A stretch of 64,000 bases of DNA from Oikopleura dioica (lineage: Eukaryota > Animalia > Chordata). The stretch's first letter is position 1. Each line of letters begins with the position of its first letter. Positions 13,716-26,584 of the stretch are shown here, one piece after another. The stretch spans positions 12,648,001 to 12,712,000 of the forward strand of contig OU015566.1 in NCBI GenBank assembly GCA_907165135.1, given 5' to 3'. The notes beneath the pieces were generated by a model. It saw only the letters and a list, made by a program, of their open reading frames with translations. It had not been told where the DNA came from and did not search any database. A program made the position numbers and the translations under genes.

Positions 13716-15859
13716 ATGAGATTGAGAAGTCGAGAACAACAACCAGTCCCTAGCCCCTTGAGAAAACGAACAAGGTACGTGTTCATCTCTAGAATGCTCA
13801 TTTTTCCACCCACGTGACGTAACAAGCAAGTTCACCAGTTTATTCAGCGGTTTTAAAATGGGAAACTGTAACTCTAAATTTAGATCTGCCATCAAATCCC
13901 GTTCAAGTTCGCGATCATCCTCCGTTTCTCGAATTTCGAACAGCAGCAGTAGCTCACGATCCAAGCGCGCTCGGATCGTATCTCCCGATCGCTCCGAATG
14001 CAAGGTCGTCAAAAGAAAGGTTAAAAAGTCTATCACCACTGAGACTGTAAGAACCCGTGCCGCACGAGGAGAGAAGCCGGGCACATCTGCCTCAGCTCTA
14101 CCCGTCCTAAAATCGCCCAAAAAGCGAGGCCGTCCTTTGAAACGGCCTCGAATCAAGGCGTCGCGATGTGCATCACCGACTCCTCCTGCTTCTCCTGTCC
14201 CCAAAGCTTGTTCAACCCCCGAGCAGTCGAAAATCACGAGGAAATCATTCGATTCCCCTCCGCATAAACAAGCCCCAGCTGACGACGAACCGGTAGCGAA
14301 TATTCAAACGGAAAATTGCTCTCAGGTAGAGGAAGAAATCGTCATCGCTTCAGTCCCGGAAACGAGCAACGCAAACTTGGATGACTCTTGTCCAACGATT
14401 GAGCCGGACAGCAGCTCGTACTCGCAACAAAATAATGCTTATTACACTAATGATAACTCTTCCGTAAGAAACCTATCAAAAGGACGAATAATAGTAACAT
14501 CTTCAGGGCCATTCTTCGCAGGGTGGATCTGCTGCATCCACGCACCATCAAAATATTGCTTCCGGAAATTACAACCCAGCGTACTTTATGCGTCACATCA
14601 CTCCCCAAACAGAAGCCATGAAAAATCGAGCCGCAATCTTGGTATACCATTTCTTCCCGTTTCTAGCGCCTAAATCCTCTCTTTTCAGCCGTGCAAAACG
14701 CGTAAGACACCAGAGTATACGCTCGTCCTCGATTTGGACGAAACGCTGGTGCACTGCACTTTGGCCGAGCACCAAATGCGCGACTACGAGTTCACCTTTC
14801 CCATCCGCTTCCAGAACGTCGACTATGAAGTTTTCGTCAAGACGCGGCCATATTTCCGCAATTTCCTCGAGCGCATGTGTGAACACTTTGAGATCATTAT
14901 TTTCACTGCCTCCAAGAAGGTAAATTTTTTATCTTAAAAATATCTGTAAAAGGTCACGTCGTGTCTGTTTCCTTTTGTGGGTCGTCCGAAATTTTTCAAG
15001 GCTTGGAGACACTGAATTCTCTTCTCTACCCTCACAACCAAATATTTTAGGTTTATGCGGACAAATTAATCAGTATTATCGATCCAGACAAGCGGCTTGT
15101 CCGACACCGTCTTTTCCGGGAGCACTGTATTCTTGTTCAGGGAAACTACATCAAGGTAAGCTACCTCTCTTTCCCTCAGATTCTGACGGCTTTCAAGGAC
15201 CTGACAATTCTCGGCCGCGACCTGACAAAGACAATAATCGTCGACAACTCGCCACAAGCATTTTCGTACCACATGGACAACGGAATTCCCATTGAATCCT
15301 GGTAAGTTCACTCTTCGACCTTGAAAAGGTCAAACTCTTATCAACCTGTTTTTCTGAAAAGAGGAAAGGAAATTATGTAAAAGTCATACTCCCTGTCAGA
15401 GCCCGTCACGCCAGCTGAACGTTTAAAAAGTGTATTTTGACCTTTCATCTGGCGTGTCAAAAGCGACAAAAACAAGTAATGAGAATAGACACGAGTGTCT
15501 AAAAATGCTCTGGGGTTGTTGCTACGGCGAAATAGTGGGTGTCTTTCTAGGGCAATCATGAGACATAGATATATTTTTATATTGAGTGGACAATACTTGA
15601 TGATATACCACTGGGTACAGATGACAGAATTATTGAGTATTATCCACGTAATAAGAAAACATTCACCATTCCCTTTCCTCATGATTCTTTTAGGTACAGT
15701 AACCCCGAGGACCAGGAACTGGAGCTGTTGGAGAAATACCTGTACGATCTCGTGAAATTCGACGATGTGCGACCAGAACTCCGCCGAAAATACCGAATCC
15801 GCGATCAAGTGGAGGGCAGAACAGACTGTACGCTAAAACAACTGAAACAGTACTTCTAA
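13716..15859 (+). CDS. CTDSPL2: CTD small phosphatase-like protein 2 (SCP4)
   Basis: Starts MRLRSRE. FCP1/SCP domain with [65 protein letters not shown]. Confidence 0.93.
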
Positions 15860-15991
15860 GTCCTTTCTTCCCACTGAAACTCTGTCTTCTTTCCTGAAGT
15901 ATTCAAAGATCTTTAATTTTTATTCCCCTGAAAAACCAACACTCCCGATTCCAGTTCTCCGTCTTTTTTTTTTTCTCTCCCGGATCTTGTA

Positions 15992-16166
15992 CAGTGGGTT
16001 ACGCAGGTACTGCACCCGTAAAGAGCGGGCAAAGGGTGCAGCAGTCACGCAATCACTTTGAGCGAGTCTAGAAAGAAACAATAGAAAAAGTGCGGGCGAA
16101 GGGTGCAGCAACGCCTCAATCACAATTTGTGATTCACAAAGGGTGCATTACCAGCGCAACCCACTG
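15992..16166. mobile_element. Tc1/mariner-like MITE (175 bp)
   Basis: TIR cagtgggtt(a/g)cgc(a/t)ggta(c/a)tgcaccc (26 bp, 3 mismatches), flanked by TA at 15990-91 and 16167-68. Confidence 0.8.
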
Positions 16167-19100
16167 TAAGAGATATCTTAATATTAATCTAATCCATAAT
16201 TGAAACAAAACAAATCTCGCACCAGTCCAATGCTAAGTATTTCCATTCATCAACTCAGGGATCTACAGTTGATTATCATTTTTTTCCAAACCCAAACAGA
16301 AAATTTCGCGTTCTCCTTTTTTCCCATTTTTTCGCCCGTAAATCAAGACGCAAAGCGACATTTTGATAATTTTGAAAAGTTAGAGCATGTCGTTTTTCTT
16401 GCGTTTTGAAAGTCTTCAATTTTTCAAGTCAAGCATTTTAAAAATTCATGCACAAATACTACCAAGAAGCGCGCGCTTGTCTGAGACTCGCCGCGTCTGG
16501 CAGACAGGGTTCTTCTCCAAAACTCCGAGTCCAAGAAAATTAAACCTATCGCTTGCATTTTATAAAGATTGGATGTTTTTTCGAAAGCTAAACGAAAATT
16601 TTTCGCAAATTCCAAATTTCGCTAAACAGCAATTTTCAGTTGTCAAAAGTTATTAAGCTCAATTTTTTAACCCTCCAGCGTACCGATTCCCGACACACCC
16701 TACTACTGTTCTATTCTGTAAATAGAATCTTGTCTGTGTTGTCCCTTTTTATTTTCTCCCTTTTGTCTGTCTTGTCACAAAAATTGATTCCAAAAATACA
16801 GAATTTTCAAAGCCAAAATTTCAAATCTGCAGTTGAAGGCCGCGTACGTCAGAGCACTTTAGTGGGATAACCATCGCCATTCAAACAGGCTCTTCCAAAT
16901 GGCTCTTCAACCGCTTTCGTCAGAAAAGGCCACTCGGGTCTTCTTTGTACAGCAGTGTGGAGAATCTTTAGACATCGAAGATCAAAGTTTTCAAATCTCA
17001 AAATATCAAAGTGTTTATTTACGCATGATGAAGCTCTGATTACGCTTATAATTATGTCTATCTGCCTAATTGGACCATGCGATCGCGTTTGCTTGATTTA
17101 CAAGAGTTGTTTTTTGCTAGAATGAAATATTTTATTACGAGTATATAATTATCATATTCTTCTAGTCCTGTGGCCAAAGCTGTTTCATTTGCATATAAGA
17201 AGAATGTCTATCTTGCTAAGAAAAGCGAATAGTTTTACTCATGTCCATCAATAATTTACACCAAGAAGCCGCTTTTTTGTTATCGCAATTTGCAACAACA
17301 TATGCATGTGTTATTTGCTAGAAATTCTATCATCATCATCATCATCTATCTCCAGCCCTATCCATAGACATTATAAACAACTGTCCACTGATTCCTCGAC
17401 TCTTTAATTTCCTATCAATCCAAATAACTCTCCATCGACTCAGAACTTCTGAGTCAGAAGCACCTTTTTGTAGTTAAACTGGAACCGACCGGTTTTGCTT
17501 GCTATCAGATCAATATTTTCTTCGTCTGCATCTCACCGATAATCGACGATTACGATGATGATATGACGACGCTTCGCATCCGTTTTCTATCTTCTTGATT
17601 TCGAAAGCAACAACATCAGAAGCAGCATCACAAGGAGGCATTGTATTATTGAGAACCATGGTTGTATCAAAAATCGCTGCATCTTTCTCTTCCCAAGGAT
17701 TGCCTCGTGAGATTCCATCCCATGGGGACTCACCGCTCGGGCCTGACTAGTGATGAACTGGTAAATTTATTAACAAGTAAGATGCTAATTTTTTTAGTAT
17801 TGTGATATTTTCTGATCAGCTAGTGGGGTTGATTTATTATTCAAAAGTTTTTGAATTTATGGGACAGGAAAAGATCGACCGTCTACTTGAAAAATAGAAA
17901 GACGGGGTCAGTTGAAATATTTTGGACGTCATTTTTTTATTTTGATATTTTTCAATATCAAGATTTTTGAATCCACTGGTGAAAATGATATTGTTTCGGT
18001 AAGAAGACGTAAGAATTGACGTCAAGGGCTTTCTTCGGCAAATTATTGAATAATTTGCGAAAATTTGAAGAGTATTCAGCCTCAACTACCCAGTTCGAGG
18101 GGGTCATTATACTCAAATGAACCTGGGTATTTTTCATGTGGGTTTGTTTTCCAACAAAACTGCTGTAAGTGCACTTCAAACGACAAAATACCGGATTTTT
18201 CTAATTACTGAAACATATGGTAAAATAGATTAGAAAGAAAAAAGAGCTAATTAATTCATACACCCGCTGTAAGAATGAATTAAGACTCAGAATAATATAT
18301 CACCGGATTATTGAAATAATGCCCCACTAAATTATGATATACTCGACCATCCTCGACGGGCCTTGTTCATTATCAAGGTGGTCGATGCCAGCTATTGATT
18401 CTCGCCGTACTCCGGATAATTAACAGTGCCTTGACTTATTGCCTGCTTTAGGCTTTTTTTCTTGACCTTGGGGACTTCTCTGTCCAGCGTAATTTGCGGA
18501 CAAGGAAGGCTACTTTCTTATTATATCAAAATATAAATTGCTTCGAACAAAATGTTTTTGGGACCCGGCCAAATAAGGGGTTGAACTCCCAAAAGCATCA
18601 TGGCAAGGCAATTACGCCTCATGATTGATTCCAATAACCGCAAAAAAGATGAGAATTTCCAACTAAATGATTCTATAATTAACATGTGGTATGAAAAAAG
18701 AGTGAAATCCCTTATCTATTTCTTGTCTCACGTGACTAAGTCACATGATCGGAGTTTATATCTAATTCATTCGATTAGATCTGGTCTTTCTTTTCGCCTG
18801 AAACGGGGAGTGTTTTTTTGGTCTGGTGGAACTTATCCTCCAAAATTGTCATCAACCTCCATTAGCTGGCATTTTCAACGTTCTTGGAGAAAAGTAGACA
18901 GCAGCAAACATATTTTATGGCTCCATGACCACGTGGATGGGTAACAATAGTAATACCGGGTCGTATGGTCAGTTTTTTCTTTTTTTATCACTTTCTTTTT
19001 TATTTTGATGGGCATGTTCCGACTGACCAACGCCTGTCCCGGGCAAACTTTTACGATAAACTTTGAACTTCGGCCTTCTAAGGGAAGGAATGTGAGCTGC

Positions 19101-19667
19101 AAATGGATATTTGAGGATGATTTTTTCTTGCGCTGACATTCTGAGATTCGTAGTGAAAAGTGTAGTGGGAGAAAGAAGCTTGCGTTCTGGTTGAAACTGG
19201 TTCGCGAGCAGTGTAGTAGCATAGGCAAGGAGAGAGCTGAGAGAGATGTTGGGAGAAAGGGCCTCTCGGCTCACCAGAGCTCCAACAGGCTCTAGTAGTG
19301 TCAGTGGCGCTGGGATGTCGCTCGCGAGCTGCGCAGCCCCGTGGCTAGGGGCCCTTTAACTCGGCCCGTCGCCGCTTCTCCTCACTATACCAAAAACACT
19401 GAACGAGATAAACCACGGGCGTTTACGTCCCTTTTTTCGACGTCGCCCAACAAGGGTCGAGATTTTATTTGTCGACGGATCCAGCTGCCCCTGCTGGTCC
19501 CTTTTTATAAACAGTTGATGGGATTCCCACGACGACTTTAAAACCGTGAGCCGAGCCGAGATACCACCCGCCGCCACGCTGTTACCCTTTTCCACCTCCA
19601 CCCTGTTTCCCCTATTTATTTCTTCGCATCCGCAGAGCTTGAAGGCTCGCCTTGGACGAAAACAAAA

Positions 19668-21352
19668 ATGATCGAAGAAGTGCCCCAACAATTCACACAG
19701 AGTGCGCTCGATGTGCCGTGCGCCGCTAGTTCTGAGCTCCAAAACAGCTCCGACATCGGCTCAGGGCTCATCCTCCAGCACAAACTATCAGAGCAAAAAG
19801 ATACCTACGACGCTCACCAAATCGATTCCGGCTACCTCGATCCATCAGACATCGAGGAGACCGAAGAAGAAGAAGACGAACTATCTGGTAAGTCAGAGAA
19901 TCACCTGGCAGCGCGCCAACCAGCTAATTCAGAGATTGAAAACGAACACATCCAGAGAGTCTTCGTTCCACGAGAAACTGAACACAAATTGAAGAGAAGA
20001 CGAAATTTACTCGTCACAAAGCTCCATCATCTCCGAAAAGATCTCAACATCCTTGTCATCGGCCCCGATAACGCCGGTACGTAACATTTAGCAATTATGT
20101 CAATAGAGCGTTTGCCACGTGATAAATGTTATTGCTTACGCGCGATACCGTGCGGTGGCACCTGTATCAGTCAATTTTAAATTCATGTTTAGGCAAAACA
20201 TCGCTCATCAACTCCCTGGGTTACATGATCAACCAGGACGACAAAGGAAACCTCAAATGGAGAAACTTTGCTGACTACGATCTCGGCAGAACTTTCAAAT
20301 ACAAGGTACAACATTTATTTTCCCAGTCATTTTTAAAACAATTCTCTTAGGCAGCTCGCGTATGGCCTCTTGAAAAACAGAAGGTGCGCAACTCGCCCCA
20401 AGTCGCTCCAAAGAAGAATTTGACATTCTACGAAGCTTCAGGCCTCCAGAAGTGCGGAGATGTGGAGAAATCCTCCACCATTCTCCAGTACTTTCTTGAA
20501 GGAAGAATCACCCCTGGACTTCTCACTTTGGTAAGTGTTAAAAAAGCGAACGAACCATGTCGGTTATTTTTGGACTTGAAAACTCCAGCTTGGCGGTGAT
20601 TCAATACTCGCTCAAATTTTCGCGATTTATATCGATACTCAAATATTATTTTCTCTGCTCATAAACATCTTTAGTTCCTGTTGATGACCACCGACGACAT
20701 CACTGCTCGATACTGCGATCTTTCCACCGATCCTCGAGTCCTCGAAAGTCGCCGAGTCCACGCGATTGTCCACTGCACTGCCGCTGATCAGCCACCCAAC
20801 AACGATCTTATCAAACTTGTGCAGGCGGCGATGGCTAAGTCGAAAGATCCGCGCGTCAAAAGTAAGCAAGAAACTTCAATCCTAGAAATCATAGACGATA
20901 CAACCTCAAACATTATCCATTGATCTCATCATTCACTTTCAGAAATGCCAATTTTGACCTGCGTTACGAGTCCCCACGGCGAAGTAAAACAAGTCCCTGT
21001 TTACGAGACTTCATCATATGACATGTCTGCCCAAGTGCGCAGCAACTCCGTCTCTGGACCCAGCTCTGGCATGCGCCGAAACTCCTCGACCGGACGCCTC
21101 ACCGGCGGCCACAAGAGCTCCTTCGGCGCGGCGAACCTCTGCGAGCCTCGAGTTTGCCGAGAAGTCACTTACTACGCGCCAGACTACAATCCAGTGACAG
21201 ATGAGTCCGAAACCGACAACATACAGCCCGACAACGACATCAACAACGGGCTTCTGCGACTGTTCGATGACATCCTCCGCGTTTCCCAACGAGACAACAC
21301 CAAGGGACGCGGCCGCCGACTGGTGAATATGATTGTTGAGCTTTTCAATTGA
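19668..21352 (+). CDS. P-loop NTPase resembling IFI44/IFI44L C-terminal domain
   Basis: Walker A NILVIGPDNAG|KTSLINSL across an intron, then LTFYEASGL, ILQYFLEGRI and RVHAIVHC, matching the order of IFI44 motifs as recalled. Acidic N-terminus. Confidence 0.62.
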
Positions 21353-24300
21353 GCATTTCTCTCTCGTGGTTAATTAATTAATTATACACACATACGTTTA
21401 CATTCAACTATTCACTATCGAGCTTCAGCTAGATGCGGCTCGCGGAATCCAGTTTTCGCTCCCAGGCAAGCTCCATTGGGGCACTCACTCAATGCTCAGG
21501 CCCGACTCGTCACTCTAAAAATATGTAGTACTGCCTAAACCTCAAACTATGCTCTCACAAGCACCACATTTTACTCTATCAAGTAGTGGATGCTTTTTTC
21601 TATAATTTTTTCCCAATTTTGACGAGTCGCCCCTGGGCAGTGGCCCAATGGGCACCTGGAGGCGCCCGCGAGTCAGCTTTAGCGAGCAATCATGATGCAT
21701 AACTTTTCAGTTTTTATTTTCACGTTTTGAGTGCTTCAAAACATGTTATTCCGACTAGCGATAGTTTCATTTTATAAGTGCCTGTTTTTAGTAAGCCGCC
21801 TCTTGTCCGACCCTGGCCAGTGTTTTGCTTTAGACCCGCCGTTCTGAATAAGACGCGAGAATAAGGCTCACATTTTTATATATATTTATTTTTTCCTTTT
21901 TTCAAAGAGAATTAGACAATCGGTGTATTGGCCAATGCCTGTATGTGTATACAAGACGAAATCCCAGTCGTTTGAGATGCTTTGAATGCGCGACTGGGAG
22001 AGAAAAAAGTTCTTCCTCCCACACGATTTTGAGGAGAATTAAGGGGTAATGCACATACGGGAACTGCAGCCATGCCCGGTTGGCTATTTTCAGCTGCGGT
22101 AACTCCCTCTCCCAGGACCCAAACGCACCCCATCCATATCCCCAATTTGCCAGAACACCACTCATAAGTTCAACTCGAGTCCAAAAATCCGCAAATACCG
22201 AGACAACATAAAGCGCTAGAAAACAAAACAAAACGTCAACGAAACAAAGTATAAAACACTTAGCAGAACGAGCGTGGTTTACAGCGAGCACTCGCCTAAG
22301 GGCGGCACAGTAAGGGCTTAAAGATACGGGTACTTGTAAATATAGGCATCATGCGATTTTTCACTTTTTTCGTGAATAACGAAGTCGTGGCGAAAGGTTT
22401 CTGCGGGCTGGTAAGGGGATCAATATTTTGATTTTCGGTGGATTCACTCTTGGAATCAGACTTGACAAAAACAGATTTACCTCTCTGGAGAGGATAGAGA
22501 CAAAATGTTATTTTACATTACAGTAGTTGTAGATTATACCCACCGTTCGAGATATTGCCCCGGGCGAGTTCCTAACTTTCGCCAACGATCAACCCTTTTT
22601 CTATTAATTTAAATATGCGTGATCTGTGGCTAAGTCTTTTCCGACAGTCTACCCGACCGGGCGCCAGCCTCAACTTTTTTTCATTCGTCATTGAACTCAT
22701 GCTTCTGTCTTTTTTCATCTGCGTTTCATATTTTACCGTGTTCTTACTGTAATAATTTTTACTCTTGCTGCATGCGAACAGGCGTGACAATCAAGGGATC
22801 GTGTAAACAAATCTAAATTGCTCTTTTTCGCTGTATTAAGTAAGAAGTCAACGATTCCTTGTGTCACCGGTCGGGTACGTCGTTTTTCGCTCGTTTACCT
22901 CTACCCATCTCTTTCTCCTTTACTCTCCCTTCTACTTTTTCTATCAGTCGGAAAAGGGCCACAGTCAACCCAGCTTCTGCTTTCTTGGAACCATTCGAGA
23001 GTTCCCAGTATTGTGATTTCACTGCATAACGATGACTTCGCACGGCTAGGTTCGTTTGGTGGCGTTTTATCGAACCGTTGTCTGGAGACCAATCATGTTG
23101 TGTACAGCGCCTGCTTCTAGCAGATTCTCAACCCCATAAAAACATGAAAAATAAAGAAAAAATATTGATGTCAGAGTGTCCGTTCAACAAGGTGTAACTC
23201 AAATTTTGGACACTCTGGCTCAGATGTGCCTAAAACCCAAAACCCCCCTTCCCCCTCAGACCAAAGAAAAGCCCCCCTAAAAGCAACTCACCCACCCAAA
23301 AAACAAAGTTTACTATCCAAAACTGAGAATCTGGCTAGGCAGGGGTTGTAGGCTAAATCTGATTGGCTAACCGGGGCGGAGTCGATGAACGGTAACCTAC
23401 TGTAAATGTTTTCCACCCGCCTAGTACGTCGAGGTCTGGGCTGTCCAGTCCTGAGGTCGAAGTAAATAACGTTCAAACAAAATATCGCAGGGCTGGACGT
23501 GCACGGCTATTACTTCACTGGCCACCCGATGGTGCTTGAAAGCACTCGCTGGTCCCACGCCACTACCACCAGTTAAAACACCTGCTCTCTCCCACCAGCA
23601 CCAAAAGTTCCACAAAGTTGTATAAGGTACAAATTTCCCTCCTTTCTCAATCGAGCATCGAGTGTGGCAATTTTTCGAATCCAGTAAACAACTAAAACCC
23701 AAACCCTAAAAAACGGTACTCCGGTAGGAGGCGAGCAGGATACAAACACACATAAAAAAATCGAAAAAAAAACTTTCCCCAAAAAAATTGAAAAAAGAAA
23801 AAAACTCTCAACCAACAAAAAATATCAAAACAACAAAAATCTCTCCCCTCCTCCTGAATGTTCTTACTCTCCGAAATAGTTCATATCTGACTCTACATCA
23901 CACAAGCTATTACTGTAACACTTAATATAGTCTAATTTTTATAAACATCGAACTCTTGGTGATCTCCTAACTAAGTGTTGTTTATTTGTTATTCTTGAAA
24001 TTGCATGAAGAAGCAGGCGGCAGACAGTCGATTTATAAGACGATGACAGCAGATTTCTATCAGACTGTAACGTGAATGCATAAACACTTGTAGCGCTTGA
24101 AGCCCTGGGGAAGAACGCAGATGCCCTCAAGCGTGCGTAGACTCTTTATTTTACGCGGATCAATTAACATCAAGATCTAGCAGCATTTTCATCAAGCAAC
24201 TTGATTAATTGAATCAAGTTCATTTGGTTTACTACTCTTGGCAAACAGACTTTGCCCTACACGGTTACATAAGATTACATCACCGAAATTTTGACGAGGA

Positions 24301-26584
24301 ACTTTATGATCTCAATCTGCTCACACACGCACTCGAGATTTTCAAGCGCTTCCACGAAACAATAAAGCCGCCGTTGTCATGGATTTGACAATGGCCGGCT
24401 CTGGATCGGGGCGTGTATGTGTGCACAATTTGCCAGAAAATAAAGTCACGGGACGTAACTGCCTGAAATTGACTATTAGAAATAGGATGAGAAAATCATA
24501 TTTTCACCCAAAAACCGATCATATCATATCTTTATCTCATGGTCAACCGGGCTTATGAATCTATTACGTAGCGATAAAATGGCTTCGATCACAAGACCGG
24601 AAGAATCTCACGCGTTGTCCAAGTGATACTGACCATGACGTCCCAAAGAAGCCATATCTCAGAGTTATGACTTTCCTCTACCTTTTCCTTTCTACATCCG
24701 TATTTTGAGTAGCGTTCGCTGGAGCGGAGATCCACTAGGATCATCTCCAGAAGCCAGGATCGATTAATAAATCAAAGCCTCAGATTGCCTTCTATTTATA
24801 GCCAATTTATTCTAAGGGTACTCTGGTTTGTTAGATCTATTCTACGAGCATCGATTTTTACCAACAGTGACCATTCTATAGGCCAGTCTTTCGAGTATTC
24901 TGAACAGGCACTCAGCAAATTGACCAAGCTCGGCCGCCCGGCGAGACGAGAGATTCAAGTTCATCTTTTTCTTTCTTTCAAATTGCAAAGCCCCCTAAGA
25001 ACTGTTCTGAGCTCAAATTTGGCCCGTTGCCAAGCTAAAGAAAAGAGTATCCCTTTACTACCCGAATTTGTTGTTATACTACATTTTTAATTATAATCGA
25101 GTCTTATTTCAAGCTTCTTTGAACTTTAGACAGTCCGAATAGAGGCTACAGACCGCGTTTAACAACTCTGAAAGACAAGGAAAATAGTTGATGATAGCGA
25201 GACAATGTCTGAGGGAATAAAAATAAATTTATTTTTCTGGCAAAGTTTCAAATACACTCCCCGGAAGCGCCAATTTATCATGAAAACCGCAGCGTTCTGA
25301 GTAAATACGGAATACAATGAAGCTTTAAATAGAATGGAGGTGCTACTGGAATGACCTTTCTACCGTTTGACGTGTGAAATATACAGTCAGCTAAGGACTA
25401 GAATCGATTGCTCGTGAGCTCATTAATATTCTGACACCTCATCACGTTTTCTAGTAGCTTATTCACTTCTTCGGATGTTGCCGCTCTTAGAAATATCATC
25501 AAGAAGAATCCAGAGTACCAATTATACAACTGAGTAATAATTCGAATCAATAAAAGTTCAAGTTGACATTTGTAAACCTCCATTTTCTATTCGTTTTGTA
25601 GGATTATCGAATTAAGACTCAACTGGAATGCACCAGTTTTCCTTTGTTGCGAAAGGCATAAAGATTCATGAATGCCGACGGGGAATGGATTATGCCTTGG
25701 ATCAAGCGTTGCGGCAAAGGCTATTCTTTTTGATACAAGACGAAATCGATTATTTCTCGATTTTCGCTGCCTCTGAATTGTGTCCAGAAATCGACCAATG
25801 CCACCAAATTCCACTCGAAAATGACGGCAATCGAAATCAAAGACATTTTGTCTATCTGAGTACCTCCTAACCGACATAACTATTTTAACAAGCTCTTCAT
25901 GTGACCATAAAAAGCCCCAGTCGACTTCCTCGAGTCCAGATGAGCCCTGGTTTATTTATCCTTCTGATTGAGATGTAACTATTTGCTCTTGCTAATACTT
26001 TAACGCGAGGAAAATCAGCAAATGTAATTCTGAAAACAAATACAGCTTCAATGGCTCCATGACTTTTGAAACTGGCCAGAGTTTATCCAAATAAAATGTA
26101 TGAGTTTATTTGAGGAGAAATTGATAGAGAGAGATTGCTACGGGAGTTGAACAGAGTCGTACGATACTGTACGATACAGTATAAGAAGCTGGCTAGAAAA
26201 AAAGAGCGAAAAAAATGTAAATTTCGTAAATTTTAGCTCGTTATCACCATGAAAAGGGAAAAATGCTATAGATAGAAATTGAACGAGAAAGGGAAAAAAT
26301 AGGCAACAGCTACGGTTTCAATTGAGTACACTTGGTTAGGCTTAGCTTTTGAATGTCAGATGAGTTTCGTTCAGCCCCTCGACATCTGATGCTAATCCGA
26401 TTTCTCAGCCATGAGGAGGGCAAAAGGCAAAAATGGTTGAACTTGAGAAAAGAACAGCTTTTAGACGAGTCAAGGAAAACAGCAATAAAATAGTACGGAA
26501 ATGATCAGAAACACCAGCAAAGTAGAAAAGCAGACAGATAATCAATAATTCACCCGGTCGTTTATAATTTTTAGACTGCTTGTT

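Noticed and set aside
16900-19300. Possible minus-strand gene (ORFs 17837, 17958, 18875, 18969)
   Set aside because: No consistent exon chain or recognisable motif, so not supportable from sequence alone.
23443-23498. 11-bp inverted repeat containing CAGGGCTGGAC, similar to the hAT terminus
   Set aside because: The arms face outward relative to TIR orientation and there is no 8-bp TSD. Chance hairpin or unrecognisable relic.
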